Source of the DNA: an uncultured Acidobacteriota bacterium
GTDB taxonomy: Bacteria; Acidobacteriota; Vicinamibacteria; Vicinamibacterales; UBA2999
DNA: 64,000 bases
Reading direction: 5' to 3'
NCBI GenBank assembly: GCA_963734635.1
Contig: CAVTIA010000014.1
Span: 720,192 to 784,191, forward strand
Below the pieces are notes generated by a model that did not search any database, had not been told where the DNA came from, and worked only from the letters and a program-made list of their open reading frames with translations. Shown here piece after piece: positions 9,228 through 17,738 of this stretch (positions are counted from its first letter, which is position 1; each line of letters opens with the position of its first letter). Position numbers and translations under genes: made by a program.

Positions 9228-10931
9228 CTAATAGCTAAACACATATACCGCACCCGAGTCGTCCGCGGAGTTGTCGGCCTGATTGCCACCGATGCCTTTC
9301 GATGAGCCATCCTCGTTGTGCGCGCCGACCGCCATGATTCTGCCGTCGGTGCTCAGTGCCACGGCGCTTCCGAACTCGTCGCCCGCCTCCGTGTTGGACC
9401 CCTTCACGTAAGCTCGCTGTGTCCAGGTCGCCCCGCTCCGCGTGTAGAAATACACCGCACCCGATTCCTCCGCCTGCTTGCGCTGCTCGCGCCACGGATC
9501 GAGATGGTCGACGATGAGGAAGGGTTGCGGTTCCGGTGCACGGACGCCCTGGGCCGCATTGTCCTCGAGGTACGCGGTTACGGCGAGCGTGTTGCCGTCG
9601 CCGCTCAGTGCGAGCTTCACACCGAACGAGTTGTACGGACGAGGATTGTTGGCCTTGATGAACGCCTGCTCGGTCCACGTCGTCCCGGATCGCACGAAGA
9701 CGTACGCCGCTCCTACCCAGATGTTTGCAGCGCCGCGAGGTGGTGAATCGTTGTCGCACCCTGGAGGATTGATGCCGGGCGTCAGGCAATCCTCATCACC
9801 GGCGCCCGCCGCTACCGTGTTCCCGTCGTCGCTGATCGCGACGACGTATCCGAGCTGATCGGTGGCTTCGGTGCGGGATCCTTTGATGTATGCCTGCTGC
9901 CTCCATGCGCCATCACTGCGCGCGAACACGTACAACGCGCCGGCGCCGCCAGCGGTGTTGTCGCGCGGACCGTTGATGGTTCGTCCAGAGCCCCGTTCGT
10001 CGAACGCGCTGGTCACGAGCGTGTGGCCGTCAAAGCTCAGAGCTACCGCAAACCCGAGCATATCGCCGGCCTGAAGGTGCGAGCCCTTGAGGTACGCCTG
10101 CTGCGTCCACGAGGCGCCCATCCGGTTGAATACGTACACCGCCCCGGCGGACTGCTGCGAATCGTCGCGCTCGTTGCCGTTTACCTGCTGCGCCGCACCG
10201 TCTTCCGAGATTGCGCCCACGGCGAGTGTGTTGCCGTCGCCGCTCAGCGCCAATGAATAGCCGAACTGATCGCCGTCGCCGGGCACTTCGCCTTCTCCGG
10301 CCCTTCCGGTGTTCGAGGCTTTGATGTACGCCTGTTGCGTCCACGTGCTTCCCGCGCGACTGAAGACGTATACAGCGCCTGCCTGGCGGAGCGAGTTGTC
10401 GTTCTGATCGCCGTTGATTCCGGTTGCCGCGCTCGATTCCCAGGGCGCAGCGACAGCCAGGGTGTTGCCATCCCGGCTCAAGGCCACCGAGGCGCCAAAG
10501 TGATCGCTCTGGTCCGCATTCGAAGCCTTGATATACGCCTGTTGCACCCAGGAGCTGCCCTGGCGGGCGAACATGTACACAGCGCCGGATGCGTAGGCTG
10601 AATTGTCGTTCTGGTTTCCGTTGACGCCTGTCGAGCCACTGCTTTCGTACGGCGCGCCGACAACCATCGTGCTGCCGTCGCCGCTCAGGGCAATCGAATT
10701 GCCATTGTGACCCTGGTTGCCGCCGCCGTCGGCGAAGTAGTCGTAGGCCTCCGCGTTCGATGCCTTGATGTAGGCAGTCTGTTTCAGGGGCAGTAAGGGT
10801 GTCGCGGTTCGCACCTGCGATGATAGATGCCCTTCCGCGACAAGGATGATAGCCAAGGCGATGGCGTGGTGAATGTATCGTTCACGCTTCTGGGTTCTCC
10901 GTTCTCCGTTCGTGTTCAGGTTCGGTTCCAT
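9228..10931 (-). CDS. FG-GAP/integrin-like repeat beta-propeller protein, secreted
   Basis: About 8 repeats of W.QQAYIKASN...D.FG.SVALS.DGNT.AVGA..E.S..G.NGNQ.DNS...GAVYVF. The start is uncertain: the first in-frame ATG (10931) lies inside the palindromic element. Confidence 0.75.
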   Translation of the reverse strand: MEPNLNTNGERRTQKRERYIHHAIALAIILVAEGHLSSQVRTATPLLPLKQTAYIKASNAEAYDYFADGGGNQGHNGNSIALSGDGSTMVVGAPYESSGSTGVNGNQNDNSAYASGAVYMFARQGSSWVQQAYIKASNADQSDHFGASVALSRDGNTLAVAAPWESSAATGINGDQNDNSLRQAGAVYVFSRAGSTWTQQAYIKASNTGRAGEGEVPGDGDQFGYSLALSGDGNTLAVGAISEDGAAQQVNGNERDDSQQSAGAVYVFNRMGASWTQQAYLKGSHLQAGDMLGFAVALSFDGHTLVTSAFDERGSGRTINGPRDNTAGGAGALYVFARSDGAWRQQAYIKGSRTEATDQLGYVVAISDDGNTVAAGAGDEDCLTPGINPPGCDNDSPPRGAANIWVGAAYVFVRSGTTWTEQAFIKANNPRPYNSFGVKLALSGDGNTLAVTAYLEDNAAQGVRAPEPQPFLIVDHLDPWREQRKQAEESGAVYFYTRSGATWTQRAYVKGSNTEAGDEFGSAVALSTDGRIMAVGAHNEDGSSKGIGGNQADNSADDSGAVYVFSY

Positions 10932-11051
10932 GTTCGGGGTTCGAGGTTCGGCGTTCGAGGTTCGCCCCATGAACATGGAACGTTGGAACCTTGAACCCAC
11001 AACCGAACGTGAACACGAACAGAGAAATGTCAGAACCGAGAAGCGTGAACG
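10879..11051. repeat. ORF-less hairpin copy (173 bp) of the 37667..38357 element
   Basis: Termini CGTTCACGCTTCTGGGTTCTC... and ...GAACCGAGAAGCGTGAACG are reverse complements and match the termini of the ORF-bearing element. Confidence 0.7.
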
Positions 11052-11066
11052 ACGCATCATTTGACG

Positions 11067-12758
11067 CTAATACACGAACACATACGCCGCGCCGGAATCG
11101 GCCGCCGAATTGTCGGCCTGATTGCCGTTGATTCCTGTCGCCGCGCTGTCCTCGCCATGGGCGCCGACCACCATCACGTGCCCGTCGGTGCTCAGCGCCA
11201 ATGAGCTTCCGAATTCATCGCCCGCGTCCGCGTTGGCGGCTTTGACCCACGCGCCAGCCGTCCATCTGGTGCCGCTGCGCGTGTAGAAGTACACGGCGCC
11301 GGATTCTTCCGCTTCGTTCCGGTGCTCACGCCAGCCGTTCAGCATGTCCTGAATGAGGAATTGCTGGACCATCGGCGGCCGGATACCACGGCCTCCGTTG
11401 TCCTCGAGGTACGCTGAGATCGCGAGCGTATTCCCGTCGCCGCTCAGGTCGAGCCTGACGCCAAACGAGTTGTACGGCCGTGCGTTGGGCGCCTTGATGA
11501 ATGTCTGCTCCGACCAGGTGGTGCCGTTTCGAACGAACACGTACGCTGCGCCCACCCAGATGTTCGCGCCCCGGTTGGGCGGTGCATCGTCGGCACAGCC
11601 GGGAGGATCGATGCCCGGCGTCAGGCAGGCCTCGTCGCCGGAACCGACGGCGATCGTATTGCCGTCGTCGCTGATGGCCGTCGCAAAACCAAAGCCGTCG
11701 CTGGTTTCACCCTTTGAGCCTTTGATGTACGCCTGTTGGCTCCAGGTTCCGCCCTGACGCGCGAAGACATAGAGCGCGCCGGAATTCTGCGACTCGGTGT
11801 TGTCGGGAGGATTGATTCCCCTGCCGCCACCGTCTTCGTCGAATGCGGCGGCGGCGAGTGTGTTGCCGTCGAAGCTGAGCGCCACCGAAAACCCTAGACC
11901 GTCCCCTGCGCCCATGTTCGCGCTCTTGACGTAGGCCTGCTGCGCCCACGTAGTGCCCGTCCGCGCGTACACGTAAACCGCGCCGGCAGACTGCGCCGAG
12001 TCGTCGCCCTGGTTTCCATTGATCTGTTGCGCCGCGCTGTCTTCGCTGATGGCACCGACCGCCAACGTGTTGCCATCGCCGCTCAGCGTCAGCGAAAAGC
12101 CGAACTGGTCGCCGTCGCCCACGAGCGTGCCTTCGCTAGCCTTCCCCGTGTTGGACGCCTTGATGTAGGCCTGCTGCGTCCAGGTCGTACCGGTACGGGT
12201 GAAGACGTAGACAGCGCCGGACTGCGGGATCGAGTTGTCGTTCTGGTTGCCGTTGACCCCCGTAGCGCCGCTCGCTTCCCAATGGGCGGCAATCGCCATC
12301 GTATTGCCGTCGCGGCTCAGCGCGACCGACGAGCCGAAATGATCACTCTGACCGGGGTTGGAGGCCTTGACGTACGCCTGCTGCGTCCACGAATCGCCCT
12401 GGCGGACATACACGTAGACGGCTCCAGACGCGTAGACGGAGTTATCGCGCTGGTTGCCATTGACCCCGGCGGCGCCGCCGCTCTCGAACGCCGCGCCGAT
12501 GGCCATTGTGGTGCCGTCGCCATTCAGCGCGATCGACGTTCCCGTGTGACCCTGGTTTCCGCCCCCGCACGCGAAATGGTCGTAGGCTTCCGCGTTCGAC
12601 GCCTTGATATACGCCACCTGTTTGAGCGGCAGCACCGGCGGCACTTCCTTGTTCAGCGTCGGCGCCTGCGCAATCAGGTAGCCCGGAATGAAGAGAAGCA
12701 CGACGAGGGCGGCTATTCCGCCGGGATGCCGCATTACACGAGCGCTGATCCGTGACAT
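11067..12758 (-). CDS. FG-GAP/integrin-like repeat beta-propeller protein, secreted
   Basis: ATG 12758 is preceded by AAGGAG that overlaps the upstream TAA. Signal peptide IAALVVLLFIPGYLIAQA; same repeat unit as 9228..10931. Confidence 0.8.
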   Translation of the reverse strand: MSRISARVMRHPGGIAALVVLLFIPGYLIAQAPTLNKEVPPVLPLKQVAYIKASNAEAYDHFACGGGNQGHTGTSIALNGDGTTMAIGAAFESGGAAGVNGNQRDNSVYASGAVYVYVRQGDSWTQQAYVKASNPGQSDHFGSSVALSRDGNTMAIAAHWEASGATGVNGNQNDNSIPQSGAVYVFTRTGTTWTQQAYIKASNTGKASEGTLVGDGDQFGFSLTLSGDGNTLAVGAISEDSAAQQINGNQGDDSAQSAGAVYVYARTGTTWAQQAYVKSANMGAGDGLGFSVALSFDGNTLAAAAFDEDGGGRGINPPDNTESQNSGALYVFARQGGTWSQQAYIKGSKGETSDGFGFATAISDDGNTIAVGSGDEACLTPGIDPPGCADDAPPNRGANIWVGAAYVFVRNGTTWSEQTFIKAPNARPYNSFGVRLDLSGDGNTLAISAYLEDNGGRGIRPPMVQQFLIQDMLNGWREHRNEAEESGAVYFYTRSGTRWTAGAWVKAANADAGDEFGSSLALSTDGHVMVVGAHGEDSAATGINGNQADNSAADSGAAYVFVY

Positions 12759-12769
12759 ACGCCAACTCC

Positions 12770-14644
12770 TTACTCGCGGAATTTCACGATGAGGTGCGCT
12801 TTGTTGGATGTTCCGTTGCCCCACTGGAGTCCGATTTCCGGATGAAGCGGCCATGGATTCCGAACGACGATGTCGTGCCAGCCGGGCTCGCGGAGAAGAC
12901 TTCCGTCGATCACGACCTGCAGCTCGGATCCGCTCACGGCCTTGTACGACACTGGAACGCCTTTGAACAATACCTGCGAGCGCCGCACGAAATTAAAACC
13001 ACGAAGGGTGACCGTTGCCGACGCCGTGCCCTCGGTGACCATCAGCGGGGTGATCGACTCGATTGCCGGCTGCGGTGACTCGATGGGATTCGGCAGCGGC
13101 TGGCCCGGCCCGACCGGGCGATTGCCGTTGAAGCGTCCGCCGCTCCCGTTAAAGGCGACGGGCCGGAACGCGTTGACCCAGAGCAGCGCGTCGACCGGGG
13201 TATTCAGTTCTGACTCGCGCTTGAAGACCGGGTTGTAGCCGGCGCTGTATCCGAGCTGGACGCGCTTGCCGTTGAAGATGACGGTGTCCACCTGCTTCAG
13301 GTTTTCGACATTCTGCAACGGATCCGCGTTGACGATGACGATGTCCGCGATTTTACCGGCCTCGATCGTGCCGAAGTCCTTGCCGCGATCGATCGACTCA
13401 GCAGCCCACTTCGTGGCGCCCTGGATGATCTGCATCGGCGTGATGCCTGCCTCGATGAAAATCAGCATCTCGTGGATCAGACTGTTCCCGGGTACCCGCT
13501 GCGGATTCGTGTTCGCGCCCGGCAGCACGTGACCGCCGGCGTCGGCGAACATCTTGTGGAAGCGCAGCGCATTCCGATATCCCTGGAGTCTGCGCTCGCG
13601 CACCGCGCCAGTTCCGCCGGGCCGGCCACGATAGACGGCGAGCGCCGTTTCGACCCGCTCGGGCGGGTAGTAGGAGAGGAGCGCAGGATCCGCCGTCTCG
13701 AAGAACCGGCGATCCTCGAGCGCAAACTTGTCCCAGTCTCGCTGGAAGCCGCCGTAGGTGGCACGGAACGTCGGCGTCAGGGCGACATTCTGTTTGACGA
13801 GCAGCGCGATCAGCTCCCTGGCCTTCGCCTCGTCCATCTCGGAATACAGGTCGGCCTCGTTTCGCGGGTCGTCTTCGCTCGTGACCGGCGTCCGGGCGAC
13901 CGTGCGGCCGATTCCGGCCGAATGCGGCAGGTTGCGTGTGCCGAGCATTGCGGCTTCGAGAGGTCCGAGGATGGGCCCATACGCCCGCATGAATGTCGGC
14001 TTTCCGAGCCTTCGCGCCTCGTCCGCCCCCGCCTTGTAGATCTCCATCGGCAGGCCGCCTTCGGCGAACTGAATCATGTCGGCTCCCAGTTCGACCCAGG
14101 CGCGGACGAGCTCACGCGCCTCCTGGCCCGTCTTTGGGGTTCGCCCGGGCGTGCCAGGCGTTTCGAGGCCGGTGCCGCCAACGGGTTCGGTGGTGAACCT
14201 CGAAAGGCCGGTGAACGGACGCGGCCCGCGTACGAACCCCTTGTGCACCGCGTCCCGGTGCGGCGCGCCGATTTCGCCCGCTATGCCGACGTCAATCGTG
14301 GACGTGATGCCGTAGTTCAGCATCACCTCGCCGTAATACCAGTTGTAGCTGACCTGTGCATCCCACAGTCCGGGCAGGATGAACTTGCCGTCCGCACGAA
14401 TCACCTGCGCACCAGCCGGAATCGCAGTCTGGCCTCGACGCGAGACGCTGGTGATTCGATCGCCCTGGACGATGACCAGCGCGTCGATTACCGGCGTTCC
14501 GCCGTTACCGTCGATAAGGGTGCCTCCGTCAATTACCAGCGGCGCTGGCGCCTGCGCGTCGACCAGGCCGGGCATGATCCCGGCGAGCGCCATGGCGCCG
14601 ACCACGGCCAGAGAGCGGAGAAGGACTGATGCTCGCATTCGCAT
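12770..14644 (-). CDS. secreted amidohydrolase-family metallohydrolase with C-terminal Ig-like (IPT/TIG-type) domain
   Basis: GGTLIDGNGG...ADGKFILPGLWD and GKIADIVIVNADPL are amidohydrolase N- and C-terminal signatures. The tail VTLRGFNFVRRSQVLFKGVPV resembles IPT/TIG. Confidence 0.7.
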   Translation of the reverse strand: MRMRASVLLRSLAVVGAMALAGIMPGLVDAQAPAPLVIDGGTLIDGNGGTPVIDALVIVQGDRITSVSRRGQTAIPAGAQVIRADGKFILPGLWDAQVSYNWYYGEVMLNYGITSTIDVGIAGEIGAPHRDAVHKGFVRGPRPFTGLSRFTTEPVGGTGLETPGTPGRTPKTGQEARELVRAWVELGADMIQFAEGGLPMEIYKAGADEARRLGKPTFMRAYGPILGPLEAAMLGTRNLPHSAGIGRTVARTPVTSEDDPRNEADLYSEMDEAKARELIALLVKQNVALTPTFRATYGGFQRDWDKFALEDRRFFETADPALLSYYPPERVETALAVYRGRPGGTGAVRERRLQGYRNALRFHKMFADAGGHVLPGANTNPQRVPGNSLIHEMLIFIEAGITPMQIIQGATKWAAESIDRGKDFGTIEAGKIADIVIVNADPLQNVENLKQVDTVIFNGKRVQLGYSAGYNPVFKRESELNTPVDALLWVNAFRPVAFNGSGGRFNGNRPVGPGQPLPNPIESPQPAIESITPLMVTEGTASATVTLRGFNFVRRSQVLFKGVPVSYKAVSGSELQVVIDGSLLREPGWHDIVVRNPWPLHPEIGLQWGNGTSNKAHLIVKFRE

Positions 14645-14701
14645 TTCAGGAAAGTGTGAGGAGCGCCATTATGGTCAACCGGCGAAAGATCGGTCAATTC
14701 A

Positions 14702-14777
14702 GGTTGTAGGTGGTAGTCGGTAGGTGGTAGTCAGGGTGGCCCGGGCGTTTGACCCGTGTCTCCGTGTCTCCGTGGCC
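14702..14777. repeat. composite word-repeat tract (GGTAGGT/GGTAGTC words, then GTGTCTCCGTG words)
   Basis: GGTTGTAGGTGGTAGTCGGTAGGTGGTAGTC ... GTGTCTCCGTGTCTCCGTGGCC. The word types are shared with 42279..42370 and 7587..7613. Confidence 0.6.
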
Positions 14778-16432
14778 TGTCGCTTGTGGGTCATAGTGTT
14801 GAAAGTTTGAGAACGAGCCATTTTCGTGCAGACCTGCTCGCGGGGGCCACTGTGGCGCTGGTGGGGCTTCCGCAGTGCCTGGCCTACGCGACGATGTCTG
14901 GGCTTCCCCCTGCATACGGGCTTGCGACTGCCGTTGTTCCCGGACTCGTCGCCTCGATCGCCGGGCGGAGCCGCTACGTCATCACCGGCCCGACCAACAC
15001 CACGGGCCTCCTCGTTCTTGCCGCCCTGGTGCCGTTTCTCGGCTCGAACGGGCTGCTGGCGCCGGACGGCCTCGGCCGGCTCGCGACGCTCACCCTGCTC
15101 TGCGGTGTTCTCAGAATCGCCCTGGCGCTGAGTGGGGGAGCCGTCCTCGTTCGATTCATTCCCGAGTCGGTGCTCACAGGCTTCACGATCGGGGTCGGTA
15201 TTCTCATCGGCGTCATGCAGCTCGATGAGGCGCTGGGTCTTCCCGCGGTAAATGGGGCAGGTGGGTGGGACGAATACCGCGGGCTAACATCGCTCGTGGC
15301 GGAGGGCGCGCGCCCGTCGCCTCTTGCCGGCCTCGTGACGCTCGTATCAATCGCCGCGGTCGGGCTCGGTCAACGCATGTGGCGGCGTCTGCCCGCTGCA
15401 CTGATCGTCGTGGCTTCCGCAGCAGCAGCCGCGTGGGCGTTCGGACTCGATGCCAGGTTTGGATTACCTCTCGTCAGCGACCGCACGGCCGTGCCAGGCG
15501 GGTGGCCGACGGGTGCGCTGCCCGATTTGCGCCCGACCGTGATCGCAAGCCTGCTGGTGCCGTCGGCGGCGATCGTGCTCCTCGGCACCCTCGAGCTGCT
15601 CGTCAGCGTACGGGCGGATGATTCGCGACCCCACGTCCCGCGTGAGATCCTGGCGCAGGGATGGGCGAACGTCGCGGGCAGCGTCGCCGCTGCGTTTCCG
15701 GCGTCGGCGAGCCTGACGCGCTCGGCCCTGCTGCGGTTTGCGCGTCCGCACAGTCGTGCTGCGGCCGCGTTTGCGGCGCTTCTCACGCTGCCCGTGCTGC
15801 TGTTTGGCTCCCGACTGATTGCGTATATTCCCCAGGCGACCCTGGCGGGTGTTCTGATCGTCATTGCGGCCGGTATGGTGCGGCAGCCGACGGTCGGACG
15901 CGTCTGGAGAGCGTCCCCCGTGAGCCGCCTGCTGCTTGGCACCACAGCGGTCAGCACGCTCGTGCTGCCGCTTGCATGGGCGGTGTTCGTTGGCGCGGGC
16001 CTGGGCCTGCTTATTCATTTGGCCAGAACGAGCGCACCGCGGGTCCGCGCCCTGACCTTCAAAGACGATCGGCTTGTGCCCGTTGACGATGGACAGAATC
16101 CATCGGTCGTCGTGCTCGAGGTATCTGGCGCCGTTCACTACGCCGCCGTGGAGCCGCTGCTCGAGGACGCCGAACGGCATCTGCCGTCCGCCGTAGCCCT
16201 TGTCATTGTCGATCTCTCATACGCGCACGAGCTGCGGTTTACCGGCGTGCGCGCCCTCGAATGGTGGGCCGCCGATCTCGAACGTCGCGGCATTCGGCTG
16301 CGCATCGCTGGCGTGACGCCAGAGGTGCGCGACTTGTTCGAAGGCAGCGACAGTCAGCTCGCGTACACGATGTGGGAACCCGAGCCGGGGCGCAGCGCGT
16401 GGAAGTGTTTTCGTGAGGCGGGTGGGGAGTGA
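14756..16432 (+). CDS. SulP-family anion transporter with C-terminal STAS domain
   Basis: RADLLAGATVALVGLPQCLAYA is the SulP N-terminal signature, followed by multiple TM segments and a STAS-like tail. The real start may be GTG 14786 or TTG 14807, because 14756 lies in a repeat. Confidence 0.8.
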   Translation: MSPCLRGLSLVGHSVESLRTSHFRADLLAGATVALVGLPQCLAYATMSGLPPAYGLATAVVPGLVASIAGRSRYVITGPTNTTGLLVLAALVPFLGSNGLLAPDGLGRLATLTLLCGVLRIALALSGGAVLVRFIPESVLTGFTIGVGILIGVMQLDEALGLPAVNGAGGWDEYRGLTSLVAEGARPSPLAGLVTLVSIAAVGLGQRMWRRLPAALIVVASAAAAAWAFGLDARFGLPLVSDRTAVPGGWPTGALPDLRPTVIASLLVPSAAIVLLGTLELLVSVRADDSRPHVPREILAQGWANVAGSVAAAFPASASLTRSALLRFARPHSRAAAAFAALLTLPVLLFGSRLIAYIPQATLAGVLIVIAAGMVRQPTVGRVWRASPVSRLLLGTTAVSTLVLPLAWAVFVGAGLGLLIHLARTSAPRVRALTFKDDRLVPVDDGQNPSVVVLEVSGAVHYAAVEPLLEDAERHLPSAVALVIVDLSYAHELRFTGVRALEWWAADLERRGIRLRIAGVTPEVRDLFEGSDSQLAYTMWEPEPGRSAWKCFREAGGE

Positions 16433-16897
16433 CGTGATCGAACGGGACATCGTGGTCGTCGGCGCCGGTCCAGTAGGTCTCACTGCCGCGTTGGCGGTGC
16501 GCGCAACTGGTCGACCCGTGACGGTCGTTGACGCAGGCGCCCGCGATCGCGTCAGGCCCGGCAGCCGCGCCATCTTCCTGCACCGCGTCACCCTGGAGCT
16601 CCTCGAGGACATCCGCAGCGGTCTCGGTGCTGAGCTCGTACGACGCGGTCTGGTATGGCGCACGAAGCGGACGCTTTACCGTGGGCGTGAGGTGTACCGG
16701 CGAACTACAAGCCGGTTGCGGCGGGAATTTAACTCGGTGCGAGCACATGGCCTCCTGCTTTCCGGAGGCCCGTCGCGGCAGTGGCCGAATGAGCCTCTGC
16801 CCGAGTGACGCGAGAAGCGACGGGAACCTTGCTCATGGCCTTGACGGTGTACGGTCGAAGCGACAAGATGGCGTGTCTGAAGCCAGTGAGCGCGCCC

Positions 16898-17455
16898 ATG
16901 CACGACTTGACGGCGCTGCTGAATGCCTGGAGCGCAGGCGATCCTTCCGCCCGCGACCAGCTCATGACGGTCGTGTATCAGGAGCTGCGCCGGCGGGCGG
17001 CGGGGCAGCTGCGCGGCGAACGCCGCGGGCACACGCTGCAGCCGACGGCCCTCGTGCACGAGGCCTATCTGCGGCTGGTCGATCAGCGGCGGATCGTGTG
17101 GCAGAACCGCGGGCAGTTCTTCGGGGTCGCGTGTCAGATGATGCGGCGCATCCTGGTCGATCGGGCCCGCGCGCATCGCATGGCAAAGCGATCGGGGCAA
17201 TGGGCACGCGTCACCCTTGACGAGGCGGTAAGGTCGACGCCGCCGGTCGACGTCGACGTGCTCGATCTCGACGCCGCGCTCACACGACTGGCGGCCTTCG
17301 ATCCCCGGAAGAGTCAGCTCGCTGAGCTCCGATTCTTCGGAGGCCTGTCACTCCAAGAGGCCGGCGAGGTCGTCGGCATCTCCATGGCAACCGCCGAACG
17401 GGACTGGCAGGCGGCGCGAGCGTGGCTGCTCAAGGAGCTGCGGGGTGAGGACAGG
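16898..17455 (+). CDS. ECF-type RNA polymerase sigma factor (kinase-associated, TIGR02999/ECF43-like)
   Basis: LLNAWSAGDPSARDQLMTVVYQELRRRA, HTLQPTALVHEAYLRL and region 4 LSLQEAGEVVGISMATAERDW. There is no stop before the kinase ATG at 17456. Confidence 0.8.
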
Positions 17456-17738
17456 ATGACACCTGAGCGCTGGCGGCGGGTAACCGAGGTGTTCCATGCG
17501 GCGCGGTCGCACGACGCAGCGACCCGTGCGCAATACCTCGATCAGGCCTGTGCTGGTGACCGCGCCCTCCGCGACGAAGTCGGCGCGATGCTGGCCGCAG
17601 AATCCGACGCCGGGCAATTTGGTGAAAGCCCCGTGCATGTTTCCACCGACCGCGTGCGACGGCTCGAATCCGGCACGATGGTCGGTTCGTACCGCATCGA
17701 CAGGTTGATTGGCGCCGGTGGCATGGGGGAGGTCTATG
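17456..17738 (+). pseudogene. 5' stub of a Ser/Thr protein kinase gene, truncated in the glycine loop
   Basis: MTPERWRRVTEVFHAA...YRIDRLIGAGGMGEVY, after which the sequence becomes the monooxygenase C-terminal part in another phase. Confidence 0.75.

Larger units (their letters stand above)
16698..17738 (+). other. inserted cassette: about 200-bp leader + ECF sigma gene + first 94 codons of a Ser/Thr kinase
   Basis: Deleting exactly these 1041 nt (347 codons) restores a 392-codon monooxygenase ORF. The cassette is flanked by GAGGTGTAC (16689..16697) and GAGGTCTAT (17729..17737). Confidence 0.6.

Noticed and set aside
16698-17738. Intein, group I/II intron or IS element interrupting the monooxygenase gene
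   Set aside because: The host reading frame hits a stop 109 nt into the insert, so it is not an intein. The content is an ordinary sigma gene plus a kinase fragment. There are no intron-like structures, transposase or terminal inverted repeats, only a 9-nt imperfect direct repeat.
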